Of a DNA stretch of 64,000 nucleotides, positions 38,511 to 48,343 are shown one piece after another. The position numbers and the translations under genes are program-made. Origin of the DNA: Escherichia phage UGJNEcP1; sequence record OV754623; one strand, 5' to 3'. The notes under the pieces are model-generated. The model did not search any database, was not told the origin of the DNA, and saw nothing but the letters and a program-made list of their open reading frames with translations. Numbering within the stretch: position 1 is the stretch's first letter; every line of letters begins with the position of its first letter.

Positions 38511-39226
38511 TAGTCAAGGAATCCTTTAACATAATCAAAATCACGTTCAAACACATGGGCACTTACCATGGTATGAGTATAATCACCAACTTCTACACCA
38601 CATTCGTTAGCGATATAATGAAGTAATTTTCCTTGGAGATAAAAATCCAACTGCATAACAACAGCACAGTTCTGGGAACGCATATGACAGTGGGTATAAA
38701 GCTTACCATCACGAATATAATAAGTCACTGAGTCAGTACATGGATATTCAAGCGTTTCGTCCGAATCAAGCAAAGCCTGATCAGAACTTTCTAGAATTTG
38801 GAACACAACTCTTCGGGAGTTAGGCTTCTCTTTAAGTTCTTTTAGAAGAGCTGGTAATTGAGCCGCAATGCGAGGGCCATAGAAAGTGTTGAAGTTCGCC
38901 GGCAAAACATCTGATTTTGGTTTAGAAATAAATTTAGCGACATTAGGATATGCCTTAAACGCTTCTTCTGCGTTGGTACCACCAGAAATCATAAACTTCC
39001 AGAAGTCTTCGGCATATTCATAAGAGATGCGGTTAATACGTGGGTCGGTCATTTTGAATGATGATGGAGTGTCAACAACCACTGTCATAGACCCAATTTC
39101 ATTACAACGTCCAATACGAGAATCAGTTACGAATTCCGGGTTTTCTAAAATTTCACGATTGACTGCTTTAAATGCGGCTTGAAAATCTGCGGCTTTGATA
39201 TATTTCATTGTGTTATGTTTTCCCAT
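38510..39226 (-). CDS. 42: dCMP hydroxymethylase gp42 (thymidylate-synthase fold)
   Basis: 238 aa; EYPCTDSVTYYIRDGKL...HMRSQN aligns with T4 gp42 catalytic Cys region MCTNTVQYLIRD...NMRSND. Confidence 0.7.
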   Translation of the reverse strand: MGKHNTMKYIKAADFQAAFKAVNREILENPEFVTDSRIGRCNEIGSMTVVVDTPSSFKMTDPRINRISYEYAEDFWKFMISGGTNAEEAFKAYPNVAKFISKPKSDVLPANFNTFYGPRIAAQLPALLKELKEKPNSRRVVFQILESSDQALLDSDETLEYPCTDSVTYYIRDGKLYTHCHMRSQNCAVVMQLDFYLQGKLLHYIANECGVEVGDYTHTMVSAHVFERDFDYVKGFLD

Positions 39227-39268
39227 GTTTACCTCAATACAATTTATTATATACTCAATTCGTAAAGC

Positions 39269-39508
39269 TTATTTGAATTTCTTGACAATGTTGATATAAC
39301 GTAAAGCTTCAGCATCGATACTTCCAAGAACACTATGAAGAAATGCATCAGCGTAATATTCTAGTTGAACAGGTTCTTTAATCACTTTAGCCGCTTTAGT
39401 TTCAAACAGGCCCATCAGGGCCTTTTTAAGAATTTGTTCGTTAGTGTTCAGTTTAATAGTCAAAATCTCTTCGTTAAGTTGGTGGTTAAAAGTTTTTCTA
39501 GAAATCAT
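39269..39508 (-). CDS. Hypothetical protein (79 aa)
   Basis: ORF between the U32-like gene and gene 42; start overlaps the upstream stop. Confidence 0.45.
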   Translation of the reverse strand: MISRKTFNHQLNEEILTIKLNTNEQILKKALMGLFETKAAKVIKEPVQLEYYADAFLHSVLGSIDAEALRYINIVKKFK

Positions 39509-40665
39509 TCCGGGTACCTCAAAGCGTCATCAGAGTTAGTTATATCAATAATAGATATAGAGTTTTCTGCTAACCCGTTTTTAGATAATTGACGTTTATA
39601 ATATCTTTCACAATATGTACACGTCGTCCCGCAGATTTCATTAGCACAATCGAAATCTGGATGTCTGAACCACCTTTTTTCTAAAAAGCCATCTAACAAA
39701 GAGGTTTCAATATTTACTGTATGTGAAAACTCAGTTTCGTTTTCAAGAGTGAAAATAGTCTCTAAAGGCTTCCACAGTTCTAACAAATTACCTTCAAACT
39801 TTTCAGAAGCGTATGCTTCAAGAACTTTCAAAATGTAGTCTGTGCTACCTGTACGTCCTGAAACTTTGAATTGAGTGATACCAATATCATTATAAAGTTT
39901 CAAATCTTGAGGACGAACAAAACGAGTTCTCAACCAGTTAAATGGGTCTGTATCACGAGCTTTAATACAGTGCTGCATAGGATATCCGTTTAAGGATTTA
40001 GCATCATCGGCTGTAACATCAGTACTATGGAAAATATAGCAAGAGTCACGATAGCTACAATGTGTTGTATACCCTTTACCAGCATTAGAACAGAACTCAT
40101 TTACAAGAACTTCAAATATTATATTGTTCTTATTGCAAAACTCTGCTGCACGCTTCAGGAAAGAAACTGAACGGTTCTTATGAATTCCACAGCAGACCTT
40201 TTTGATATTATATTGGTCATGCAAGTATTTGATTTGAGTTACAGCATCGACATGTAGAATTGTTGAAACTTCAATCTCAATGTCTTTATTGACTTCACGA
40301 ACAATTTCCATAACAACAGGGTTAGCGATAGTAATACGCCATACGCCTATTGACCAAAGATACTGAACATAATCCTGAATAGCTTTCTTCTTCCACTCAA
40401 CTAGTTCTCTTTTTGAACCAGGATTTATCGTGTTGAGTGTATAGTTAAAGCAAATACCTAATTCGTTACAACGTTTAACGTAATCTTCTAACATCTTTTT
40501 GTCAACGTCAGGAAGCCTAAAATCAGGTCTGGCTGCTACAAAAGCCATTTCTCTTGTAGAGCCGTATACTTCATTTATCAAGCTATTAGGATAAGTTTTA
40601 TTGAGCTCTACGATTTTATCAAGAAGAGCTAAATCAAAATTCGTTCCGATTTTAAAAGTATTCAT
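39505..40665 (-). CDS. Cys-rich protein resembling peptidase U32 family (TIM-barrel, Fe-S type)
   Basis: 386 aa; N-terminal FKIGTNFDLALL..INEVYGS and central NRSVSFLKRA...EVLVNEFCSNAGKGYTTHC resemble the U32 signature region; C-terminal CANEICGTTCTYC contains C-x3-C-x2-C. Confidence 0.4.
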   Translation of the reverse strand: MNTFKIGTNFDLALLDKIVELNKTYPNSLINEVYGSTREMAFVAARPDFRLPDVDKKMLEDYVKRCNELGICFNYTLNTINPGSKRELVEWKKKAIQDYVQYLWSIGVWRITIANPVVMEIVREVNKDIEIEVSTILHVDAVTQIKYLHDQYNIKKVCCGIHKNRSVSFLKRAAEFCNKNNIIFEVLVNEFCSNAGKGYTTHCSYRDSCYIFHSTDVTADDAKSLNGYPMQHCIKARDTDPFNWLRTRFVRPQDLKLYNDIGITQFKVSGRTGSTDYILKVLEAYASEKFEGNLLELWKPLETIFTLENETEFSHTVNIETSLLDGFLEKRWFRHPDFDCANEICGTTCTYCERYYKRQLSKNGLAENSISIIDITNSDDALRYPE

Positions 40666-40719
40666 TTTTTACATCTCGCGTTAATTGATGCGATGGTTTT
40701 TTTGCAGGTCTTACTTAAA

Positions 40720-41124
40720 TTATTGTAGATTCGGTTTATATGATTTAAATGTTTCGAATTCGCCTTTATTCATAAGAGCTTTGAATTCGTCAGGACGCAT
40801 AGCTTTGTCGTCGATAATCCAATCATATACTGGTTTATGTGTTAGCAAATTATGGTACTTCAAGCCAATGTTTGCCAAGTTCTGAATCAGACTTGGGAGA
40901 ATGTCAATTGCTATACGACCAGGACCTACTGACTTCATACCGCGAGCAGTGTAAAGCGTTATGGTATGCCCTGCATCATACAGGGCATTAATGGCAGACA
41001 CCATTTCGACGTCTGGTTTGAAGTTCACGTAATCACGATTGTTATTCCACTCTGTTATACAATCATCGACATCAAAACAAAGATTAAGCATGTTTTCTAC
41101 ACGGTGCATTAGATTCGTTCCCAT
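40720..41124 (-). CDS. Small HAD-superfamily phosphatase
   Basis: 134 aa; motif I FDVDDCIT, motif II Thr (ITLYTAR), motif III Lys (THKP), motif IV IIDD. Confidence 0.6.
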   Translation of the reverse strand: MGTNLMHRVENMLNLCFDVDDCITEWNNNRDYVNFKPDVEMVSAINALYDAGHTITLYTARGMKSVGPGRIAIDILPSLIQNLANIGLKYHNLLTHKPVYDWIIDDKAMRPDEFKALMNKGEFETFKSYKPNLQ

Positions 41125-42794
41125 TGATGAGTGATATCGCCACCGATTGGACGATAAGAAACACCAGTTTCTTTATCAGTTAGTACCCATTTACCAGGAT
41201 TTTTTGTAATCAGAGTAGCCGTTACAGGCTCTGCTACGTCATAACTAATAGAGCCGTCTTGAAGTACACGGCCCATGTTACGTAATTGCTTAGTCAGAAG
41301 TTCCATACCTTTATAATATGCGGCTACCGCTTTAAGTGGATTATTCTTGAAATAACCACCTAATGCAATCCAGATAATTGCCACCGCCAAATGATGATAC
41401 TCGTTAAACGAACTCATCTTTCCATATTTGTAAATTAATGGATTGATGTTAATAGTCACATTACAAGTTGTTTCATCAATAGTAAACTGTCCCCAGGTCG
41501 GATTAGCATTGAATTCATCATAACCTGAAACAGCATAAAGCACTTTAGCTTCATCGTACAATTTTGGCCCGTAAATCTTGGTTTCGCCAAAATATCCACG
41601 AGGGTCGATAAACTTGACTTCGCCGTTATCAGTAATCATAGTATTACTGAAGTTCGGGTCACCGTGAATAACAGAGTACTGTCCCTGAGAACGGTTATGA
41701 TAACGAATAAGGTGTTCTAAAGCTTGTTTCAGCATTGGCTTCAGACGTCCAATCTTAGTGTAGTTCACGTGTGTGATTTTACCAAATGAATCAATCAATG
41801 GTTGAATGCTTTCACAACGATCAATAACTTTCGTATAGAATTCTTTAGTGAAATCACGACGAACAGTTTCAGGACTTACAAAATAAGTGTCTGTGCTGAA
41901 TTTCAGTGCATCTAAAATTGCATCAACAATTTGTGGACGAGCAAGACTTGATTTGGATTTAATATATTCAAATGCCGGCTTACCTTTAATGCGTTCCATT
42001 TCAAAGTTATTTTCATTAACAGAAACTAACTGAGGAACTGAATCTGATTTCACTTTAAGATACCATGAAATCTCATCTTTCTGAAGAGCTCGGCCCTGTT
42101 CGGTTAATGCGAATTTAGTTACAGTTTCTTCACCAATTTCAACTGCATTAAAACTACGATTAAGTTCACGAACTTCATGAGCCTTTTCAAGTTTAGGCAT
42201 ATCACCTAAATCAATTAGATTCATAAGCTCTGATTTATTGAATGCACTCCCGTAAAGGAATTCTACAAAATCACGTCCTTTGCAATATTCGTGAATTTCC
42301 TCATCAGTAGAACCCATGTAGAATTCCCAGTCTTTGAACTGATAAATTCCTACAACATTACCACCTGTTGAACCTACGTTAGTGATATTTTCACCGTCGA
42401 AATTATATCGACATTCGTCACCCTTAACATAGATTGCGTTAACATTCCAAGACCATGAACCAAAATCAGGAATAATATCACACCAGTTAACAATTACGTT
42501 ATGGCCGTCTAAATCTTTGTGTAATTTAGCAAGAGCATAAGCAGAACCATACGCTTCATCAACTGTACGAATAGTCACATTGAACCCTTCTTGCTCACAA
42601 TAAGCTCGAACAGTTTCAGCAAATTTTGAATGAACTACTACAATAATTTCATCTGCGCCAAGGTCAGAATAAATTGTATACAAATTGCTCAGAATAGTGT
42701 CTTGTTTATAGTTAACAAGCACCTTAGGAATATGATGCGTTATTGGATACAAACGAGTTGCCAGTCCAGCACCAAGAATAACAGCTTTTTTCAT
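41109..42794 (-). CDS. Bifunctional sugar-1-phosphate nucleotidyltransferase / APH-like kinase
   Basis: 561 aa; N-terminal RmlA/GlmU-type signature AVILGAGLATRLYPIT; C-terminal HGDPNFSNTMI and FIDPRG resemble the catalytic loop of aminoglycoside/choline/anomeric-sugar kinases; RBS gagga. Confidence 0.65.
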   Translation of the reverse strand: MKKAVILGAGLATRLYPITHHIPKVLVNYKQDTILSNLYTIYSDLGADEIIVVVHSKFAETVRAYCEQEGFNVTIRTVDEAYGSAYALAKLHKDLDGHNVIVNWCDIIPDFGSWSWNVNAIYVKGDECRYNFDGENITNVGSTGGNVVGIYQFKDWEFYMGSTDEEIHEYCKGRDFVEFLYGSAFNKSELMNLIDLGDMPKLEKAHEVRELNRSFNAVEIGEETVTKFALTEQGRALQKDEISWYLKVKSDSVPQLVSVNENNFEMERIKGKPAFEYIKSKSSLARPQIVDAILDALKFSTDTYFVSPETVRRDFTKEFYTKVIDRCESIQPLIDSFGKITHVNYTKIGRLKPMLKQALEHLIRYHNRSQGQYSVIHGDPNFSNTMITDNGEVKFIDPRGYFGETKIYGPKLYDEAKVLYAVSGYDEFNANPTWGQFTIDETTCNVTININPLIYKYGKMSSFNEYHHLAVAIIWIALGGYFKNNPLKAVAAYYKGMELLTKQLRNMGRVLQDGSISYDVAEPVTATLITKNPGKWVLTDKETGVSYRPIGGDITHQWERI

Positions 42795-42835
42795 GTTGAA
42801 GTCCTCATTGGTAAGTAGGAGTATTGTACACTATT

Positions 42836-42979
42836 CTAGTTAAAGCATTCATACTTTGCTTGTAGTCCAATCATAATCCATCCGATTATAAGAGTCGGAA
42901 TCATTACCGGAGCCGTTAAGCTCCAGTAGATAGTCATGACAAGCATCAATAGTAAAAGTCCTATTGTTATTGCTTTCAT
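42836..42979 (-). CDS. Small membrane protein (about 47 aa)
   Basis: Hand-translated MKAITIGLLLLMLVMTIYWSLTAPVMIPTLIIGWIMIGLQAKYECFN; ATGA overlap with the SIS gene stop; below the track cutoff. Confidence 0.4.
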   Translation of the reverse strand: MKAITIGLLLLMLVMTIYWSLTAPVMIPTLIIGWIMIGLQAKYECFN

Positions 42980-43611
42980 TGTTCGCCTCGTAACATGGCA
43001 CCTAGTGCACCGCCTGGATGGAACTTAAGGAAGTCATTAGAGGTAAATCCACGTTCAGACGAAAGGTTGATAGCAAACGTATCGATAAGCGCTAACAACA
43101 ATGTAGTGGACATAGTCGGAGCCAGAGAATTCTCATCAACCTCTACCGCGATGCCTGTACAGAAAGAGTAATCAAAAAGGGCTTCATTTTCTTGCGGAAT
43201 GTCTGGGTTACAATGCAACAGAATCTGTTTGACGTTCGGTCGAATCATTTTAAGATGCTTAGCCACGCCTATCATTTCTTCAGTTTTACCAGAACGACTA
43301 ATATGAATCAACACATCATTAGGCGCAATGAATCCTGCGTCACCGTGAGAATAATGTCCAGTGTTCAAGTACATACTCGGGATACCGAGTGAAGCAAATG
43401 TCTCAGAAGCTTTAGTTGCAATATTAGCATTCTTACCAACACCTGTAATAATTACTCGGCTTTCATAATTACTAAGTCCAGGGCGTCGAAGAGTTTCTAG
43501 AATAGCATTATAACGAGCAGGGTTTTGACTAATTACTTTGGCCATAGCGGCCAAAGAAGAAGCTTGTTTTATGATTGCGTCAATAGCGATAGTAATAGGA
43601 GTAGTTTTCAT
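42976..43611 (-). CDS. SIS-domain sugar-phosphate isomerase, KdsD/KpsF-type arabinose-5-phosphate isomerase-like
   Basis: 211 aa; ITGVGKNANIATKASETFASLGIPS, HGDAGF, ISRSGKTEE, LAPTMSTT and FHPGGALG align with KdsD GMGKSGHIGKK.AATFASTGTPS / HGDLGM / ISNSGE / LAPTSSTT / HPGGALG; lacks the CBS domains. Confidence 0.7.
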   Translation of the reverse strand: MKTTPITIAIDAIIKQASSLAAMAKVISQNPARYNAILETLRRPGLSNYESRVIITGVGKNANIATKASETFASLGIPSMYLNTGHYSHGDAGFIAPNDVLIHISRSGKTEEMIGVAKHLKMIRPNVKQILLHCNPDIPQENEALFDYSFCTGIAVEVDENSLAPTMSTTLLLALIDTFAINLSSERGFTSNDFLKFHPGGALGAMLRGEQ

Positions 43612-43651
43612 ATTTCTCTCATTTAATTAGTTTACCGTCCATGGCATTATA

Positions 43652-46363
43652 TCAAAAATCGAACATATCGAACAGAGATGCTTTCTTCTCGTAATCGAGT
43701 TTCGCTGCTGATGTGAATCCTTCAAGTGGTTTAATAAATGTCTTCTCAAGGAGAACAGTGTAGTCCATCCAATGAAGTACGTCGTCTTTAATTAAATCTG
43801 TGATTTCCGTACCAGAAGGCCATGCGATACATTTATCACCGAATGGGTTTCCATCACGTAAAGGCAGAACGTATACCTTTTCGCCTTCTACAACTTGTGG
43901 AGCATCAATATTACCTTTGATAGCTCGGTTATATGTCAGAATTCCACGAATATGGAACGGGCATTTAGGTCCTGGATATCCACCTACATCATATTTAGCA
44001 ATGTTATTCGCAGAAGATACCGACGCGATGCTAATATAATTCAATTGACGGAATTCTTTTTCAAACTCTTTAAAATATTCTTGTAATGATTCTTCACCTT
44101 CTTGAAGCATACGACGAATACATTCTTTAAGAGCTTTCTGTACTGCTTTAGGAGTCGAAGATTTCTGAGTCTCTAGACCCATGATTTTGAGTTTAGGCTC
44201 AGCGTAACGAGTACCTTCCATATCCCACACGTTTAATGCATAACGTTTCTTACCAGTCCAGAATCCACCAATACCTTTAGAACCGAGCGGAGGTCCAGCG
44301 ATAGCTTCTCGGTCCATGAACATTAAGTGTTGTTTATTGTTCATGTATTCACACATTTCACGGAAACCTTTATCAATAGCTGGTTCCATACGTTCACGTG
44401 CAAACTTATCTAAGAAGTCTACCCAATGGTTGGTATCACGGAATTTAGATTCACCAACCTTATCGATAATTTTATCAGCAGATACGTAAATAGAGTCTGT
44501 ATCACCATAAAGAACGAAAGCTTCACCTTCTGTGCCACAAACTTCATTCAGATATTCATTAACTTTACGTTCAATCCACTGTAAAGCCATTTGACCAAAT
44601 GTTGTGATTGCAGTTGCATTACGCAAATCGTAATAACGGAACCAAACGTTGCCAAGTGCACCATAAAGCGAGTTGATGAGCAATTTACGGTTAATCTGTG
44701 CAGTCATACCTGCAACTTCAGTACGTTGAGCTCTAAACAACATTTCATTAAGAGATTTAGCAGACAACTTTTTAATCTTTTCTTTAATCTCATCGCTGAA
44801 GTCGAAACGATAATCAACATCTAATGGTTCGTCAACAGAAAGATTAGGATTATGCAATGCCTCTTTAATTATTTCACCATTACGTTGAGCTGCAAGCATG
44901 TAACCTTTATGTTCTTTACGTTGATTAAAGACCTTAGTTATTTCAGTTGGAACTACACCATCACGGTCTTTATAATACATCATGCCGTTAGGAGAACAAC
45001 TGTACACATCTGAAGGACGTTCAGCGATTGCGTTAATATAATCATGCAATGGAGCTACTTTAAACGTTCCTGCTATTGTTTCCGGGCTAATATTCACTTG
45101 GCGAATAATACTTGGATACAGAGATGTAAGGTCGAAACTCATTACATATTTGTATCGATTTGGAATAGGTTCCTTAACAAAAGCACCCGGGTAAGGTTGA
45201 ACTGGATGCGAACGACCTTGTGGAATCACCTTGTTTTGTTCTTTAAGGCTATTAAAAATAATAGCGTCCCAAGTTTTAATTGGACTGAACACAGATTGAA
45301 TCTGAATTTTAGCATAATAACCCATGTCCAAACTCAAGTTGATGAACTGACGCTTAGCATCAATTTGCAATACACGATACACGTCGATAATGTTATAAGA
45401 AATATATCGTTGGTGATTGCTTTCACGAAGCTTAGAAATAGGGCCGTCATATTTCAGTTTACCAACGTTCAATTCAAATTCTGAAATGTAATCCAGAGAA
45501 TACGACGGTTGATTAGTAAAAGAGAATTTTTTGTAAAGGTCGATGTAATCAAGAACAGAGATACCGAACAATGTAATGATTTCACGAGAACCATACATGT
45601 TTTCGATAACTTTAACACGAGTTTTACGATGTGGTGATAAACGTTTCGCAGTAGATTCGCCAAAAATATTCTTGATTCGGTTATACACATATGGAATATC
45701 AAATGACTCAACGTTCCATCCGGTTAAAATGACAGGAGTTTTCTGTTGCCAGAAGTTGAGATATTCCATCAACAATTCTTTTTCGTTATCGAACGGCATA
45801 TAAACGATTTTATCGATAATTTCAGATGGAACCTCATCACCACCTTGTTCTTGAAGCTTAGCAGCGATTTCAATAGACCATTCTTCTACATTACCGTATG
45901 GAGAATTCAATAGATCAAATACGTAGAACCTGTCGTCAATTGAGTCATAATGGGTGATAGCATCAATCGGATGTTTTGCTTGTGACGGCTCAGGGAACCC
46001 GTCCGGAGATGTTACTTCGATGTCGAAGTTAGCCACACGAATTTTTGTATGGTCGTATTTGATTTCATAGTTATAAGTGTCAGACAAATACGCCAATTTG
46101 AAATCGTCCATGCCAAGTGCTTCAAGTCCGATATCTTCCATGCGTTTAATCCATTGGGAGGCATCACGCATATTAGCGAACAACTTACGAGTACACGGCT
46201 TACCGTAGATATCGAAATATTTCGTAGCCTGACTTTCCGGACAATGAGCAAACAGTGATGGTTTATATTCTACTTCACGAGTACGTTCACGGCCATTAGA
46301 ATCGATGTAACGTTCAAAAATTGAATCACCAATCTGTTCAACCGTTAAGTAAAATTCTTTCAT
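43652..46363 (-). CDS. 43: DNA polymerase gp43 (family B)
   Basis: 903 aa; exonuclease motifs, polymerase motif C YGDTDS, T4 gp43-like length and position next to regA. Confidence 0.95.
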   Translation of the reverse strand: MKEFYLTVEQIGDSIFERYIDSNGRERTREVEYKPSLFAHCPESQATKYFDIYGKPCTRKLFANMRDASQWIKRMEDIGLEALGMDDFKLAYLSDTYNYEIKYDHTKIRVANFDIEVTSPDGFPEPSQAKHPIDAITHYDSIDDRFYVFDLLNSPYGNVEEWSIEIAAKLQEQGGDEVPSEIIDKIVYMPFDNEKELLMEYLNFWQQKTPVILTGWNVESFDIPYVYNRIKNIFGESTAKRLSPHRKTRVKVIENMYGSREIITLFGISVLDYIDLYKKFSFTNQPSYSLDYISEFELNVGKLKYDGPISKLRESNHQRYISYNIIDVYRVLQIDAKRQFINLSLDMGYYAKIQIQSVFSPIKTWDAIIFNSLKEQNKVIPQGRSHPVQPYPGAFVKEPIPNRYKYVMSFDLTSLYPSIIRQVNISPETIAGTFKVAPLHDYINAIAERPSDVYSCSPNGMMYYKDRDGVVPTEITKVFNQRKEHKGYMLAAQRNGEIIKEALHNPNLSVDEPLDVDYRFDFSDEIKEKIKKLSAKSLNEMLFRAQRTEVAGMTAQINRKLLINSLYGALGNVWFRYYDLRNATAITTFGQMALQWIERKVNEYLNEVCGTEGEAFVLYGDTDSIYVSADKIIDKVGESKFRDTNHWVDFLDKFARERMEPAIDKGFREMCEYMNNKQHLMFMDREAIAGPPLGSKGIGGFWTGKKRYALNVWDMEGTRYAEPKLKIMGLETQKSSTPKAVQKALKECIRRMLQEGEESLQEYFKEFEKEFRQLNYISIASVSSANNIAKYDVGGYPGPKCPFHIRGILTYNRAIKGNIDAPQVVEGEKVYVLPLRDGNPFGDKCIAWPSGTEITDLIKDDVLHWMDYTVLLEKTFIKPLEGFTSAAKLDYEKKASLFDMFDF

Positions 46364-46444
46364 TTAATTTCCTTTAGACGAGTTATTGTCTTTTGTTTGT
46401 TGATGAACTTATTATACTCCAAATGGGACCGAAGTCCCATTGCT

Positions 46445-46813
46445 TTAATTACCAATTGTATATTTTGCTTTCAAAGTCCAGTCATCTTTCTGTTTAAAAG
46501 AGATAACACGGAAGTTATTAGTCAGGCCAAACAGATCTTCACGAGCAGAGTCTTCAATAACAATCAAGCCCCAGTCTTCAAGCAACTGAGCAATCGAATC
46601 ACGTCGCTGATAGTCTTCACCATCAATATCAACCTGACGTCCGTCCATACGCAGCATTTCTTTAAAGTGGACGATGTAGTATTTACCTTGCTTTTGGAGG
46701 ATATGACAGGACTGATAAAGGACTTTATCCTTGTTATTAGCGATGCCCATACGGGTCAGAGTCTCTTTGACTTTCAGAAAATCTTCGGGGTTCTTCAATT
46801 TAATTTCGATCAT
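46445..46813 (-). CDS. regA: Translational repressor RegA
   Basis: From MIEIKLK; near-identical to T4 RegA (KPEDFLKVKETLTRMGIANNKDKVLYQSCHILQK.G.YYIVHFKEMLRMDGRQV, LTNNFRVISFKQK). Confidence 0.95.
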   Translation of the reverse strand: MIEIKLKNPEDFLKVKETLTRMGIANNKDKVLYQSCHILQKQGKYYIVHFKEMLRMDGRQVDIDGEDYQRRDSIAQLLEDWGLIVIEDSAREDLFGLTNNFRVISFKQKDDWTLKAKYTIGN

Positions 46814-46815
46814 TT

Positions 46816-47379
46816 TTACCATTCCAATGCTAATTTTTTAAATTGTTTTTGTTCTTTCACATTTTTTGTAACTTCTTTGAGAAACTCATCAGTGACCATG
46901 GCCTTCAGTTCTTTAAGGACTATTGGCAACTTGTTATTTTTTTCAAGGAGCCGCTTATACTCGGTAGCATCATTCATGTTGATTGTGTAATGTTTCATCA
47001 ACAGTTTGATAACTAGTAACTCTGAAGTGTCTTCGACTAGTTTAGCCCATTTAGAGAATCGACGACCACGCGGAATTGCCGCCATCATATAGTTGAAGTG
47101 CGCTTCATCACTTAATTCAGAACCGACTAAGTTCATCATGTAAACAGCTGGCATACATTCTGGGAACTGGGATAATGAGTTCTCAACCATAAATTTTGAG
47201 TAGTCGACCTGAGCAATTGACATAGGTTTCTTTTCATTAATAGCATTAATGATTTTAAAGAATTCGTTCTCAGGTTTTTCTTTAAACATGTCAGCGCATT
47301 TTTGAATCGCATCAGCGTCGTTAGACTTCCATGCGATTTGGTGCTCGTTAAGTTGGACGTCATCATCAAATAAGTTCAT
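46816..47379 (-). CDS. 62: Clamp loader small subunit gp62
   Basis: 187 aa; between regA and gene 44 as in T4. Confidence 0.8.
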   Translation of the reverse strand: MNLFDDDVQLNEHQIAWKSNDADAIQKCADMFKEKPENEFFKIINAINEKKPMSIAQVDYSKFMVENSLSQFPECMPAVYMMNLVGSELSDEAHFNYMMAAIPRGRRFSKWAKLVEDTSELLVIKLLMKHYTINMNDATEYKRLLEKNNKLPIVLKELKAMVTDEFLKEVTKNVKEQKQFKKLALEW

Positions 47380-47380
47380 A

Positions 47381-48343
47381 TTATTTCCAAGTCAATTCAC
47401 AAGTCAATTGAAGAAGCATATACATAACATGTAATTCAATATTACTAGCTAGTCCATGAAACTTATTATTTTCACCTGCAATTTCATAAAGCGAAATAAT
47501 ACTTTTACCAGGTGCAACTTGGTCATAACATTCTGAAACTAATTTATCGATGAACCATGAATAATCTGCAGCGTATTTTGGAGCTAATGCACGAAGTTGT
47601 TTGATATCTTTGTTCTTCATTGCTTCGATAACATCAGAGACTGTGCCACGGTCATTAGTTACGATAGACAGAATACCTGCATCAAGAACACCTTTAGACG
47701 AGTACTGGTCTAATTGACCAATTGTACGACGAAAGTCCGGGAAGTTCTTTTTAACAAGAGCTGCAACAACTTTCATATCAGCGATTTCAATATTTTCGTT
47801 CTTACAGATTTCAACCATACGATGAATCATTTTCTTCATCATTGAGATTTTATCTTCTTCGGTTGGACGTCCGAATTCGATAACTCGACAACGACTACGT
47901 AACGGTTCGATAATTCCATCGATGTTGTTGGCAGTAATAATAATAGAACAGTTACTAGAGAATTCTTCCATGAATGTACGAAGGTGTCGTTGTGATTCAG
48001 CAAGGCCACTACGGTCAAATTCATCGATAACGATAACTTTCGGCTTGCCTTCCATTGAGACTGAACGAGCAAATGCAGTTAACGGACCACGCACAAAATC
48101 AATCTTACAATCAGAACCGTTGACGAACATCATTTCGGCATTGATATCATTACATAATGCTTTTGCTACGGTTGTTTTACCGGTACCAGGAGATGGAGAG
48201 TGTAAAATAATATGAGGAAGTTTTCCTTTAGATACTAAAGACTTGAATGTTTCATGGTCATACGCAGGCAGAATACATTCGTCAATGGAAGAAGGACGAT
48301 ATTTCTGTTCTAGAATGTGTTCTTTGGAATTGATAGTAATCAT
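47381..48343 (-). CDS. 44: Clamp loader large subunit gp44 (AAA+)
   Basis: 320 aa; Walker [11 protein letters not shown], Walker B VIVIDEFD. Confidence 0.9.
   Translation of the reverse strand: MITINSKEHILEQKYRPSSIDECILPAYDHETFKSLVSKGKLPHIILHSPSPGTGKTTVAKALCNDINAEMMFVNGSDCKIDFVRGPLTAFARSVSMEGKPKVIVIDEFDRSGLAESQRHLRTFMEEFSSNCSIIITANNIDGIIEPLRSRCRVIEFGRPTEEDKISMMKKMIHRMVEICKNENIEIADMKVVAALVKKNFPDFRRTIGQLDQYSSKGVLDAGILSIVTNDRGTVSDVIEAMKNKDIKQLRALAPKYAADYSWFIDKLVSECYDQVAPGKSIISLYEIAGENNKFHGLASNIELHVMYMLLQLTCELTWK

Noticed and set aside
39505-40665. Considered a classical radical-SAM enzyme, and a KdsA/NeuB-like aldolase
   Set aside because: The C-x3-C-x2-C motif is at the extreme C-terminus rather than the N-terminal position of radical-SAM proteins, and no KdsA or NeuB motifs were seen. 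A U32-like assignment fits better but remains tentative.
42976-43611. Considered a GmhA-type sedoheptulose-7-phosphate isomerase (ADP/GDP-heptose pathway)
   Set aside because: The motif set (GVGK...ATKASETFAS, HGDAGF, LAPT.STT, HPGGALG) matches KdsD/KpsF arabinose-5-P isomerases much better than the GmhA SCGNGGS signature. A heptose pathway is still not fully excluded without a profile search.
46397-46990. Plus-strand 197-aa ORF, and other long plus-strand ORFs across the minus-strand block (for example 45044-45484, 49241-49693, 50988-51476)
   Set aside because: Antisense to strongly recognised genes (regA/62, 43, rpbA/45, 46); composition typical of reverse-frame translation of AT-rich coding DNA.
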